Origin: Selaginella moellendorffii
Taxonomy: Eukaryota > Plantae > Lycopodiophyta
Direction of reading: 5' to 3'
Length of the DNA: 64,000 nt
Assembly: GCF_000143415.4 (NCBI RefSeq)
Contig: NW_003314368.1
Location: 454,792-518,791, forward strand
Part shown: positions 1-11,528 of the stretch, piece after piece
Layout of the letters: every line of letters begins with the position of its first letter
Position numbering within the stretch: the stretch's first letter is position 1
Translations under genes and position numbers: made by a program
The notes under the pieces: model-generated
Databases searched by the model: none
Told to the model about the DNA's origin: nothing
Seen by the model: only the letters and a program-made list of their open reading frames with translations

Positions 1-404
1 GATGGTTTTCTTTGTTTGTTTTTCCAGCTTGCATTCTAAACGTGACGGCACCAAAGAGCGACGTATGGATTGTATGGAAAATACGAACACACGAACCTTC
101 TATGAAGCTCTTTAGCAAGTTCGCGTCGGGAGCTCCATAGCGACGCGTGGAAACTTCAAAGTACTGTATGAGAACGCTTGCCAAAAGGTAGAACCTCTGA
201 TAACTGGAAATCCCAGACAATCAATCCAGCGCGAAAAGGCAATTAGAACAGCGTGGATTCCATAAGAGTCGGGGTTGGAACTTATCTGTCTGTGATGTCG
301 ATTGGGAAGACAATTCTCTCCAATCTACACCTTTGTTGTTGCATTATTTGCGAGTCACACCATGATGATGTCTAGGCTCTCTCTTTCAGTTGCATAGCTG
401 CTGA

Positions 405-830
405 GCTCCGGGAGAACACCACAAACGCATTTGTTCTCTTCCTCCAAGTGCATTTGACAGGACTACCTGAGAATAGACATCAAAATCATCATAGAAAATC
501 CGATCAGGTAGAATCGCATCGATTCAAAGCTGGTGTGCAGGACTTTAACAAGGTACAAGCTTACGTAATAGGATAGATATTACCTCTACAGCACCTAGCC
601 CTCTCGAAACCAATTCAAGACAAACATAAGCCATACCTTGGTCGAGGGAGACACGGTCTTTGAAAACTTAAGTGCTGATTTCTTGAGCCTCAGCCGATTA
701 ACACGATGTAAGCCATAGTAAAGTATCTGTCATACCTCAAGGTGTCTATCATCGGACTGAAATATATGTCCTAGCAAGAACCAAAGCATACCTCTAAAGA
801 CAAGTCCTGCATTCATGAACCATGTTAGCA
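405..830 (-). pseudogene. degenerate duplicate of the 3' exons/introns of the adjacent KAS gene
   Basis: Collinear matches to 1160-1780, e.g. ccgatcaggtagaatc~ccgatcgggtagaatc, aggtacaagcttacgt~aggtacaggcttacgt, gccataccttggtcgagg identical, tgtcatacctc identical; no open frame. Boundaries approximate. Confidence 0.65.
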
Positions 831-1151
831 CAGGAAAGTGTAGAGTTATAAACAAGCTTACATAAGTACGACGAAAGCTAATTGCGACTTCCTGAAAAAT
901 CACAAAGGAACCAAACTCATCAGGGGCATTGAAAGTGTCTAAAGCGATAGAAATCTGCAAGATCGCTACCCAAAGCTGTGGAAGCTACATTTACCTGCTT
1001 GATTCGCAGGAGATCGCTGGAGAGGCTACGTACTTAACATATTGCTTCGAGCAATGGCTAACGAGTCCCCAGGAACACAAACGGACTGTGATACCATGAA
1101 CTTTTGAGTCATTTTGAGAGAATCCTCTCCAGTCTGGAATGTTGTTGTTTT

Positions 1152-3286
1152 CTAGTGACTCGGAGGAGAGGTGAACACCAGGGATGCATTCGTTCCTCCA
1201 AAGCCAAATGAATTTGACAAGACTGCGTGAATGGACATAGCCTTTGTAGAGCCGATGGGTACAAAGCCGTCGTGGAAAACCCGATCGGGTAGAATCAGAT
1301 TCAAAGTTGGCGGAGCTTGCCCCTGAGAAAAAATTTCACGACGAACGTAAGGTTACATGGGGAACTAAGGTACAGGCTTACGTGATGTAGCGCCAAAACT
1401 GAGAAGATCGCCTCTACGGCTCCAGCAGCCCCTAGGAGGTGTCCAGTGGCTCCCTGCAAACCAATATAAATAAAGCTCAGTGGAGTCCCAGAAGCGCCAT
1501 ACCTTGGTCGAGGAAAACGCAAGGTTTCCAGTTACTGCATGCTCCTTAAATACAGTTTTGATGGCCACAGCCTCAACTTTGTCACCTATGCTTCAAATCA
1601 ACAAGCTTTAAAAGAGCAGCAGGAATCTTTGTCATACCTCGCGGAGTCGATGTTGCGTGAGCATTGACATAATCGATTTCATTGGGTTTCAGTCCGGACT
1701 AACATGAAATCGAGGTTAGATCTGGGTTTCGCTAACAAGAACGGAAGCTCACTTGCTGCAAAGCTCGATTCATAGCCAGAACAGCTCCTTTCCCATCTTC
1801 AGACGGTTGAGTGATGTGGTGGCCGTCACCTGGAAAACACAATATGTTAGCAACAGCATAACCATAGTGACGAGGTACCCGACATCCCATATCCACGGAT
1901 TTCCGCGTACATTTTTGCTCCTCGTCTTTTTGCATGCTCATATTCCTAGAAACAAATCAGAAGTGTTTTTCTCAATACAAATCTTACCTCAAGAATCATA
2001 ATGCCCGCACCTTCTCCAATCCTATACTTACACGAGTTAGCCTCAAACACAGAAACATCCGCACTCACTTACACAAAACCTTCACGATCACTGTCGAATG
2101 GCCGTGAAGCACGTTCGGGACATGCGTTGAATCTAGTACTTAACGCCTTTGCTCTGGGCAAGATAAAAGAATAGAAGAGCATTATATATAATGTCACTAA
2201 GAAAACGATTGCAAACACCTGCAAACCTGGAAAAGCCCGCTAGTGAAAGCGCATCGATGCTGGCCTCCGTTCCACCTGCAATCATAACATCTGCATCTCC
2301 GAATCGAACCATTCTGAATGCATCTCCAATTGAATGAGCACCACTCGCGCATGCAGTTACTGCCGCATGGTTGGGCCCCTGACAAGAAAAATAGTTTTCA
2401 TACGCACAGGGACTAAAGATCTTTCCTCCCACCTTCAGCTTATACTTTATGCTAACATTTCCCGCGGCCATGTTTATCAAGATGCGAGGAACGAAATAAG
2501 GACTTAATCTGTTACTCCGCTGGCGGCATACAAACAAGGTAGGCACAAACAAAACCGATGGAAAAACTCACATAATCACGAATGAGCTGGGCCGCCTCCA
2601 AAACATCAGTTATACACCCGATGCCACCACCTATTGCCACACCCTAGAGAATTAAGACAGAACCATTACGTTCTTCTCAATGCTTGAGATGAAGAAAAAA
2701 GAAATCGCGCGTAAAAAGAAAAAGCTACCGTTCTTTCGCTGGCCTCATCACTCTCGGAAGGATTCCAATCCGCGTCAGAAAGAGCCTCAGCAGCAGCACA
2801 CATTGCGTAAGCAATGAAGGGAGCAAACTTCTGCTCAGTAGAAGAAGGAAAAAAAAAAGAAGCGTTAACAAAGTATGAACTCGAAATTCCAGAAGCCTAC
2901 CTTCTCGGACATCCACACATTTGCTTTGAAATCCCCGAGTCCCGTGCCGTAGGGAACAGCAGCCACGACATGAGAAGGAAGATTATTCATTACCGCGGCG
3001 CGAATCGTTTCATCTTCGTGTTCCAGCCTCAAATCATCTTGTTTGAGCGCGCGCACACCGCATTTCCGGTTGAGAAGCCTCTCCCAAGCGTAATCTACTC
3101 CACATCCCAGCGGCGATACCAATCCTAATCCTGCTCAAAACAGTTTTTCATCGATTCTCTTGTGAAATCCTTACCGGTAACAACGACGCGCCGCTGCAAG
3201 AGGATCGGAGGCTCTCCAAAATCCTTGATCGACGAGGACACAGTGCCCGCGGCTCTCGCGCGCTTCACGGAGAGAAATCTCCGCAT
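1152..3286 (-). CDS. KAS: 3-oxoacyl-ACP synthase (KAS II/FabF type, probably mitochondrial), multi-exon
   Basis: Exons encode [11 protein letters not shown] (transit-like), [27 protein letters not shown] (catalytic Cys), [44 protein letters not shown]; GT-AG introns. Confidence 0.93.
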
Positions 3287-3368
3287 TCCCGAGCCCTAAA
3301 CCCTAAGCCCCAGGACACACGTGGCATAAGCTAAGTAAAACAGGTGGTTAGATTATAGCCGTTGAGTT

Positions 3369-5306
3369 TCAAAGCTGGATCTTTGATAGATAGTAAGGCA
3401 AGCCCATCTCTTGCAAGGGGACGCCCAACGCCGCTAGTTTAACCTCGAAAGCCTTGACGATAGAATCGTGTGCCTGGAAGAATTTGCGAAGAATGAGAAG
3501 AGTTGTCCTACAAAGAAGCTAGAATTAAAGCTCGTTACCTTTGTAACTCTTCCAAGCTCGTAATAGAGAGACTTGATTTGCTGGTTCTTGGTTTCTAACA
3601 CCTTGTCAAACTTGTAGTCCACTTTACCGGGTTGGAGTTTCCCGGCGAGTGATTCACCAAGTTGAGCCTCCTGAAAATTTATAAAATGAGAGAGAAGATC
3701 ACTAAAAGATGTACTAGATCAAGTACCTTCTTTTCCAATTGTTCTTGGACAACATGGAGCTTCTTTTCCAAGAGCATGCTCTTAAGGCCACACTTCTGTT
3801 GGACATCGAAAATGCAAGACTCGAACCTGGCGTAGAGATCGTCTTTATCTTCTTGAACCTGGAGAGGGAGTATAAGTTCGTCATGACGAAGTATTGCTTG
3901 CTTTGCCTTGTCCATTTTCTCTTGTAGGCTCCGGTACTGCCATTCAAGATGTTTTATCTGTTCGAGGGTGTCGGCGTAATGAACTCTCAGCTGTTGGAGC
4001 GCTTGCCTATCCTGGTTGAAGTTCAAGAGCTAAAAGTCCACCAAAGATTAAAAATTACCTTTTCCAAGACTTGAATGTGCTTGCGAAGTACATCCAGTTC
4101 TTTCAGGGCCTTCGTCAGGGGCTCCATTGAATGCTTGTTTTCCTGCGCAATCTCGTACATGAATTTCTCGTTTGCTTGCTCCTTCTTTTTCATGTCTGTA
4201 ATGTCTTCCTACAGGCAACGAAGCGGCAATTATAGCGAATACGACAGCTTGACGAGATGTTTGGCACCTTGAGCGTCTTGATGAGATCTAAGTTGTTCTG
4301 CGTGATGTCATTGTAGTAGAATTTAATATCCGCAAACGCTTTTTCGTGCTTCTTCATGAGCTCAATAATATGCTGATTTTTTCGTTCTTCGATCTCATGA
4401 ACTTCCTGCTTCTTTCGGAGTTCCGAGTCCTCCTCGATTTTCTTGCACTGCACACGTAGACAGAGTGAGCAAGCGCCTGATCAAACCGCACTCACCGACT
4501 TTTCTTTCATTACTCTGAACCAAGTCCTTAGCCTTCGCGTCATACTCTTGCCTGATCATGCTAATTTCTTTGGCGTGATCCTGATTGCACACCGCTCAGC
4601 CACAAAAAAAAAAAAAAAAAATCATTTTGAATTGCGCTACTCACCAGCTTGAGCTGTCTGATCGTATCTTCGTATCCAAGCTCCACCTCCCTGACCTTAG
4701 ATTTTAAAAGACGCTGTTCATCCCTACAAAAGTCCGAGCCTTTACGAGATATGATATGCAACGCGTTTTTTTCACACAAAAGAAACCTTACAAGAGCTGA
4801 TGCTCTCGCGTTGCGGCTTGTTCAGCAAACAGCTTCAACGCGATCTCATTGTCACCTTTCACTGCCCCTATGATACCTTGCTGCTCGTACTGAAGATGTC
4901 TGGTCTTTTGATTGAAAACCTGGGAGAAAAAAAAGAGAAAATGAGATAGAATCATCCAGAGAATAGTCATCCTCTCCCTACCTGCATTTGCACCCGATGC
5001 CTTTCCTCGATGCCCTGGATGTCATGATCTTTAATGAACAGCACCGCTTTGCATTGGTCAACTTCCTTCTTTTTGAGTTCATAGAATGTGTTGAGCTTGT
5101 CCTGGAAACGTAATGAGTTTAAAACGCAAGGAAGAAAAGTGTAGAGTAAGTATGATTACACGCTCAATCTGGACACGGTTGCGTGCCCGTTCCTCCTTTT
5201 CCTTTTCGGCATTTAGAGCACGAATTTTGCCTTCGAGCTCCTGTGTGCTGGGGGCAGCAGCAGCCTCTTCCACAGCCGGCGCGGGCTCCTTACCTTTGGG
5301 CGCCAT
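3369..5306 (-). CDS. GAS8: dynein regulatory complex subunit 4 / growth arrest-specific 8 (trypanin family), multi-exon
   Basis: Coiled-coil exons [84 protein letters not shown]-terminal [19 protein letters not shown]. Confidence 0.88.
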
Positions 5307-5441
5307 GGAATTCTAAACTGCAAAACCTACGAGTGTTGCTTGAGAGCTCATCCCCAAGCAACGTGGCCGGCTGAAGCTGATGTGGCCAATACAGTTATGT
5401 GTCTTTTTCCGAGAACAAAGGAAGAAAAGAGCAGACTTACA

Positions 5442-8400
5442 TTAAAGCATTCGAGCGACTTGCTCGTACAGATCGTGCGGCCAATTTCTGGGCACGGTGT
5501 TTGCAACAAATTTGGCGATCTGCGCAGACAAAACTGTTAATCGTTTCGCGAAAGCAAGAAACTGGTTTACCTTAGCCTTGAGAGTGCGCATATGGCCATC
5601 TCTATCGGGAACATTATCAAGGCAGATCAAAGCCGCCTTGAGAAGATCAGGCACACAAGCTTGAACAGGAGGAGATATGCTTCTCAGGTCTTCGGCACTC
5701 TTTTCCGGTGTCCATGGAGTCAGTGGAAGAAATGACAGCCTGGGAAGCTCAGCGATCGCGTCCGGATATCTCCCCAGGCGAAACAGTTTGTGGAACGCTA
5801 CGATTCCTTCAAGTTGCCGGAAGGAAACTTGCTGCTCTGTTACTTGTTCAGCCTCTCGCGAGCTGCAAACTCATGAAATTGTTAGTAGCCAAAATCACGA
5901 CCAAATGGCCGGTACCTTCCAGTTCCGCTTCCAGCTTGCTTTTTGTAAGTCTCCGCAATGTCGTTCCCAGCAAGGATAAGGCCTGCAACTTTGGCCTCTC
6001 CATCTGCACGGCCAGTGGCCAGTGCGCAGATTGCCTCAGAAAGCCTGCGAGTTACTATTTCTAGAGCCATTGCAAAGGCTCCAACACGTTTCAGCAACTC
6101 GATAGCCTGGAACAAAAATTAAAAATCAATACAGACTCGACGAATTGCTACTTTACCTTCTCGTAAAGGCCTGACTCTTGAGCATGTCGTGCAGCTTCAA
6201 GTAACATCTGCTGCTGCATAGTGGGATCGGGCAAAAACCTTCTCAACGCACCTTCCGACCCGATGCCGTTTGAGCCTAGCAGAAGTGCAATACCACCATC
6301 TCTTAGAAGAAGCTCGATGAGTAGCTGCTTCAACATCATGTTCCTTTGCCTCTGCTGATCATTACTGTTCTGTCCGCTCCAGGAAATAGCGCCACCTCCA
6401 ATGGCAGCAGCAGCCTGAACGTAGTACTCCAAAGCCGTCGCAAGGTTGTTTTGCCGGACATATGAAAGTCCATAGTGTCGGATGATGCTTGTGATTTCTC
6501 CAACCGGACTCATTGTTCCAGGCTTTGCTTTGTTCGACGCGCCTTCTGAAAGGACACCATGGTCTGCCAAAGCAATGGCTATATGCACACCGTCTATATG
6601 GTCCCCGTCGTTGCTGATCTCTCTTGTAAGATAAAGGATGGCCGCCTGGAGTTGTAAGCTTAATAGCAGAACGTAAGGATAGACCAAAGGATCTTTGCCG
6701 TTCTTAGTATAGTAAGATGGCTCGAATTTGGTCAGGTAGTTCTGCAAATCCTCCAAAGTATAAGGTACTAATCCATCTTGGGGTGCTGGACCGCAGTCCC
6801 GAGTAATAGAAAGCATAAACCACATAAAGTCCTCGATCGTAGTGAATAGCACAGGAATGTCCCGTAGAAGACGTTCAGCTTGCTGCCTGCTACCGGAAAG
6901 AACAGCATATAGAAGCATTTTCTTCTTATCGTATCCAGCACGACCTGGCCTGTCCCCAATCCGTGCCATTTTTTCACATTCCTCAAAGGCGGCCGTTGCA
7001 GTAGCAGAAGATACTGCTCCTCCCGTGGCGATCCACTCCGTAAGCTGCAAGTTTGCTAATCAGTAGCAGCGCAATAGAAGTTTAAACGTACCAGTGGAGC
7101 ATACGAACGGCTAGCTCTAGACGACTGCGCCACAAGTTTGGCTTCCTCATAATAACCAGATCGGAGGCAAAAATAAATCTGCAAAACCAGTCACACAATA
7201 ATCTGCTCAGTTGTTCGAACTAATTGTTTTAGCAGTACCTGGTACCAAGTAGTATCAATTGGCGGTTGCCTATGTGTATCAGTAGCATCGAAGTCTAACA
7301 AACCATAATCTCTTAGCCGGACCTAAAGAAACTCAAACACGTCAGGTAATCTTTTGACACAACTTAAGAAGATACGCACGCGCAAAAAAGCTCGTACACG
7401 TTGTAAGTTTCCAGTAGATCCTCCAAGTGCTGCCTGTTAGAATCCGTAAGCAAACATTACGTTCTTGCAACAGATCAAAGGTCACCTGAGCAGCATGACT
7501 TTGTATTGTGTCCAGCATATACTTTTCATGACCAGCTTCCAAATGGCGGCGGGCACCAAAAACCATTTTCATCTTTCTACTAAGATGAGATGGATATTCG
7601 AAGTCCTCACCTAAAAGAGACTGACAACGCGGACAAATGTAAGAATGCTTCAGTTCTAAAGAAACCGCATACCTGAAGGAGATACCAGATTTTGGCCATG
7701 TTCACAGATTTTGTACCCATTTTCTCATCAGCAAACGCCAAAAACGTGTCTTTCAGAGTGCTCGCAACCTGCAAAACATTACAAGAAAGATATCGTTGCA
7801 CACCAAAAAATGTTGCATACATACCTTGAATGGTTCACTTCGTTCTCTTGCAGCATTAAGCTTCGCAACTGCTTCAGCGTACCCCGCAGCCTTTGCATTC
7901 ACCACTTGCGACGGAGTTGATAGAAACGGGTTTGGTGCGCGCATATCAGGCAAAGCCTTCACCGCAGAAGAGTCGAGAACACCAGAAACACGACTGGCTT
8001 GTTTCCCGGGAGTGCCAGAAGAAAGTGGCAAGCGACTCAAGCTATTCAAAAACTCACGCTTCTCTTTTTGCCAGTCATCCTGTAGAAAGTTCCGTCAGAT
8101 AGCGAATACTAAAACACGACGTACTTCCAGTGACTTCATCATGTAGTCATCAAAACTTCGAACGTTGTCTCTTTGAGAATTCAAAATCGCTGTAAGCATT
8201 GACATTTCATGCACCTAAGGCAAGAAAAAAAAACTGTGAAAAATCAGAAAGAAATCCGAAGCCAGTAGACCACACCTGCTGTAGATACTCCTCCACGGTC
8301 GTCGCTTCCACAGGGAAAACATCTTCGAAGCTTGTCTATGGAGAGAAAGAAAAGAAAAACAATCAGCTCTAAACGAAAAGTCTCAGTCGCCAAACCTTGA

Positions 8401-8773
8401 GCTCAAACGCCTTTAGCTCTCTGGCAAGTTGATCGGCATTTATGCCTTCTCTCGCTAGTAATCTATAGCAACACCCAAGCTGCTAAACCAGAAAAGAAAA
8501 ATTCCCGCTTACCGAGTAGCGGCAATAGATTGGCCAGTGGCATCGTAGCGATTCGTCCGGGCCTTAAGCTGGCGCGAGAGAGACTCTAGCTGATCCAAGC
8601 TCCTCTGCGCAAGCAAGAGAGAAGCCCCGAGAATCAAAATGCAGGCCACAAACGCAAAGATTTCTTGCCTGGAGCGGTGGAAATGGCGCCGCCGGCGCGG
8701 CCGATTGCAGCAGCTGCGACGAGTTCTGGAGAAGATCCGCCCAGCTGCGCATGTCCTGAGAACCCCCCGCCAT
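5442..8773 (-). CDS. NUP93: nucleoporin NUP93/Nic96, multi-exon
   Basis: N-terminal WADLLQNSSQLLQSAAPAAPFPPLQ, FTTIEDFMWF, YYTKNGKDPLVYPYVLLLSLQL, C-terminal PRNWPHDLYEQVARML*. Confidence 0.92.
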
Positions 8774-8845
8774 CGCGAGCGATAAACCCTAATGCCGCAA
8801 ACCCTTAAACAAATGTTACTTCTTATTACTTGGAACGAGGAACGA

Positions 8846-11206
8846 TCACACTCTCTCGACGAGAGACGAGGGCTCTGGACGACAGCCCAGGGAATAAACC
8901 CTGCGAATCTTTGGGAGGCCAGTGAGCGTCATAGCCTCCTGGAACGAAGAGCCGCGGAGAAGAAGCCTCGGGACAAAGTTCTTCTTTGACGAGTTTTTGG
9001 CCACTTCCACCGCGCCTTTGTTGCTTTCGTTCTCGTCTTTGGAACGTCCCAGCTTTAGCGGCTTCTTTCGACTGTGGAGCAAAGCCACGGCGGTTCCAAA
9101 CGCTTGGAGCGTCGACAATGGCTGCTGGAAGCTCACAGAGAATGTATCGTCGTCATAGAGTGGCGACAATCTGAGAGCTACCTCGTGTTTCTTTGCCTGG
9201 CAAACAAACACAAACTTGAGCCACCAAAGAAAAAAACCAAAGCGTGTTTTTGAGCTTACCTGGAGCACTACGTTGATGCCACCACTTTGTTCTTGAGCAG
9301 CCTTTGCCGAGCACCTCAAAGTTTGCTGGTTTTCGAGTAGCACCAATCCACAACCCAAGTCCCAGCTTCCACAGTCGCATTTGCCTCCACCCCTCCACCT
9401 TTCGAGCAAAGGCAGCGGACCGGGGAGTCCGTAAGCCGGGCAGCCATGCTCGCCGGCTGGGAGAACCACCGTAAGGCTCATCTTCTCGTAAGTTTCTTCG
9501 ACCAAGCCGGGAGCATTGTTTCTCTTGAGCCTGCTCTCCCAGCTACTAAGTTGGCTGTTGGTGCTGTTCGATCGCTTCTTCACTCCGATCGGAACTCTCG
9601 TCACCACCGCCGCGACCTCCACAAAACTCGTCCGGCTGGAGAAGCTCCCTCCCGTCTCCGACCCTCTGAACGAGAAAGAGTCGCCTAGCTTTGAGCCTTC
9701 CTTTCTGTTGTGCTTGAGAAATCCAACCGAGGACCAGTGCTTTCCCGGTGTGCCAGACTTCTCCGCTACTCGAGGAGACTCGGACGAGCTGCTCGTGACA
9801 CAACCGGGTGATTCGCTCGGCGTTGCGTCCCACGAAGAAAAGCTGAGCCTCCTGCTGGAGCTGACAGCAAGTTGCTGCCGGGGGCTGCTCATCGCTACTT
9901 GATCTTTCCCACGGGCCTCGAACAGCACAAAGTCCGAGTCCAAGTAATGTCTGTTCCTCCCGCCGCGATCCATCTCGGGAATCACAGTGCTGAAGATCTT
10001 CATCTTGCCGAGGACTTCCACCGCCGGCTTGTCTTTCTTTCCCCACTGCCTCCACCCCGATCGCTCTTTTCCCTTGCACTTGTACGAGGAAAACACGAAC
10101 ACCTGGTCGCAAAGTTCCTGGTCCTCTGATATGTCCTGGCTTGCGGTCTTCGCGACGATCAACTCCTCTGTATCGTCCAGCCATAAGTTATAGCTGATGT
10201 CTCCATCTTTCGCTAGACACTGAAGAGACCCCTTGACGAACTTGGCCGGCATGATCGAAGAACTCCGCTGCTGCTTGATCGCAAAAGCTTGCTCGGGCAG
10301 TAAACGATGGCGGCTCGCTTTGGACGAAACCAGCACAAGCGACCGGCATGCTACCTCGGGAATAAAACTCGCTGCTCTCGCTGTGAAACGCTGCCTTTGG
10401 AAGAATTCCAGTTCCTTCTTCGTATCCTTCCCAGCAGTAGTAGTGGATGATGTCGATGATCCTTGGAAGACGTCGAAAGATTCGGCGCTTCTCGAGCCAT
10501 TCCCGGAGGAATTCTTCTTCTTTGATCCACTGTTTCGTCTCGAGACTTTCATGTGAGCGTTGAAGAAATCAAACTTGCCAAAAACACTGCCAGCTGACTC
10601 GGTGCTTGGCGACGAGCATTCCACGAAAGAGTTTTCCAGCCTCCGCACTGTTCGTCGAAACCGGACGCTCCGCAACGCATCCAAGTTTCTTGGGTCGTCG
10701 TGATGCGAGCTTCTCTCATCGCTGCTCGCTACTGCCGAGTGAAAATCCGGTGAAGAGCTCGGGAGTGGCGATCGGAACGTCGAGCTGATCGTCGAGACGG
10801 GACTTGGCGGATGCCGGTGATCAAACACCGAGAAAGCGTTCGTCCTAGCACGACGGCCCAGCAGCGTACCTTGGGCCCGATCACTACTCTCGCAGGAATT
10901 GCAGCTCATCCTGGTATCATTCTGCCTCAGCGCTTCCTCCGCCTCCACGAGCACTTGGTCCTCGAGCCTGTCCAGGATTTGCAAGAGCTCCGAGCACGTC
11001 TCTCCTTGCGGCGAACACATGATGGCCGAGTTGAAATTCCTGAGGATGCGTGCAAACACGGACTGGTTGATCGCGGGAGAGATCTCTTTCAGCAGCTTGT
11101 TGGCATTCTCCAGGCAGTGGATTTCCCCCAAGAACTTGCGCAAGCGATGCTCCTGGCTTTCTTCTTCTCGCAGCTCGGGCTTCTTACTCGGAGAAATCAC
11201 TTCCAT
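8846..11206 (-). CDS. DUF3527-domain plant protein; probable 63-nt in-frame intron at 9197-9259
   Basis: 786-aa ORF with LLERWRGGGKCDCGSWDLGCGL and FSVSFQQPLSTLQAFGTAVALLH motifs; GTAAG..CAG segment of 63 nt. Confidence 0.8.
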   Translation of the reverse strand: MEVISPSKKPELREEESQEHRLRKFLGEIHCLENANKLLKEISPAINQSVFARILRNFNSAIMCSPQGETCSELLQILDRLEDQVLVEAEEALRQNDTRMSCNSCESSDRAQGTLLGRRARTNAFSVFDHRHPPSPVSTISSTFRSPLPSSSPDFHSAVASSDERSSHHDDPRNLDALRSVRFRRTVRRLENSFVECSSPSTESAGSVFGKFDFFNAHMKVSRRNSGSKKKNSSGNGSRSAESFDVFQGSSTSSTTTAGKDTKKELEFFQRQRFTARAASFIPEVACRSLVLVSSKASRHRLLPEQAFAIKQQRSSSIMPAKFVKGSLQCLAKDGDISYNLWLDDTEELIVAKTASQDISEDQELCDQVFVFSSYKCKGKERSGWRQWGKKDKPAVEVLGKMKIFSTVIPEMDRGGRNRHYLDSDFVLFEARGKDQVAMSSPRQQLAVSSSRRLSFSSWDATPSESPGCVTSSSSESPRVAEKSGTPGKHWSSVGFLKHNRKEGSKLGDSFSFRGSETGGSFSSRTSFVEVAAVVTRVPIGVKKRSNSTNSQLSSWESRLKRNNAPGLVEETYEKMSLTVVLPAGEHGCPAYGLPGPLPLLERWRGGGKCDCGSWDLGCGLVLLENQQTLRCSAKAAQEQSGGINVVLQVSSKTRFGFFLWWLKFVFVCQAKKHEVALRLSPLYDDDTFSVSFQQPLSTLQAFGTAVALLHSRKKPLKLGRSKDENESNKGAVEVAKNSSKKNFVPRLLLRGSSFQEAMTLTGLPKIRRVYSLGCRPEPSSLVERV

Positions 11207-11505
11207 AGCCGGGCCTCAGCTCTCCCATTTGGCCCCCGAGAAGAAGAAAAGCTCTGGATTTCCAGGAATCATCGCTGCATCGCAATGGAAAGAGAGAAAT
11301 TTTAGGACCGCTCTGGCAAGAATGTCGATCGAAACAGCTTCAGTGCAAGAAACTCGCTAACGCCATACCTGATGATCACTGGATCGATCGGAAGAACAAA
11401 CGCGGGCCCGCCATAGCTCCCTGGAAGAACTGCCGAGAAGTAAAATTTTCTCGATGGAGCTGGATCATCGGCGCCAGCGCCAAGCCGGTATCGGCATTGC
11501 TGCGA

Positions 11506-11528
11506 TCGCTCGCTCGCTCGCTCGCTCG
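11506..11528. repeat. (TCGC)n microsatellite upstream of the DUF3527 gene
   Basis: atcgctcgctcgctcgctcgctcg seen directly. Confidence 0.8.
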
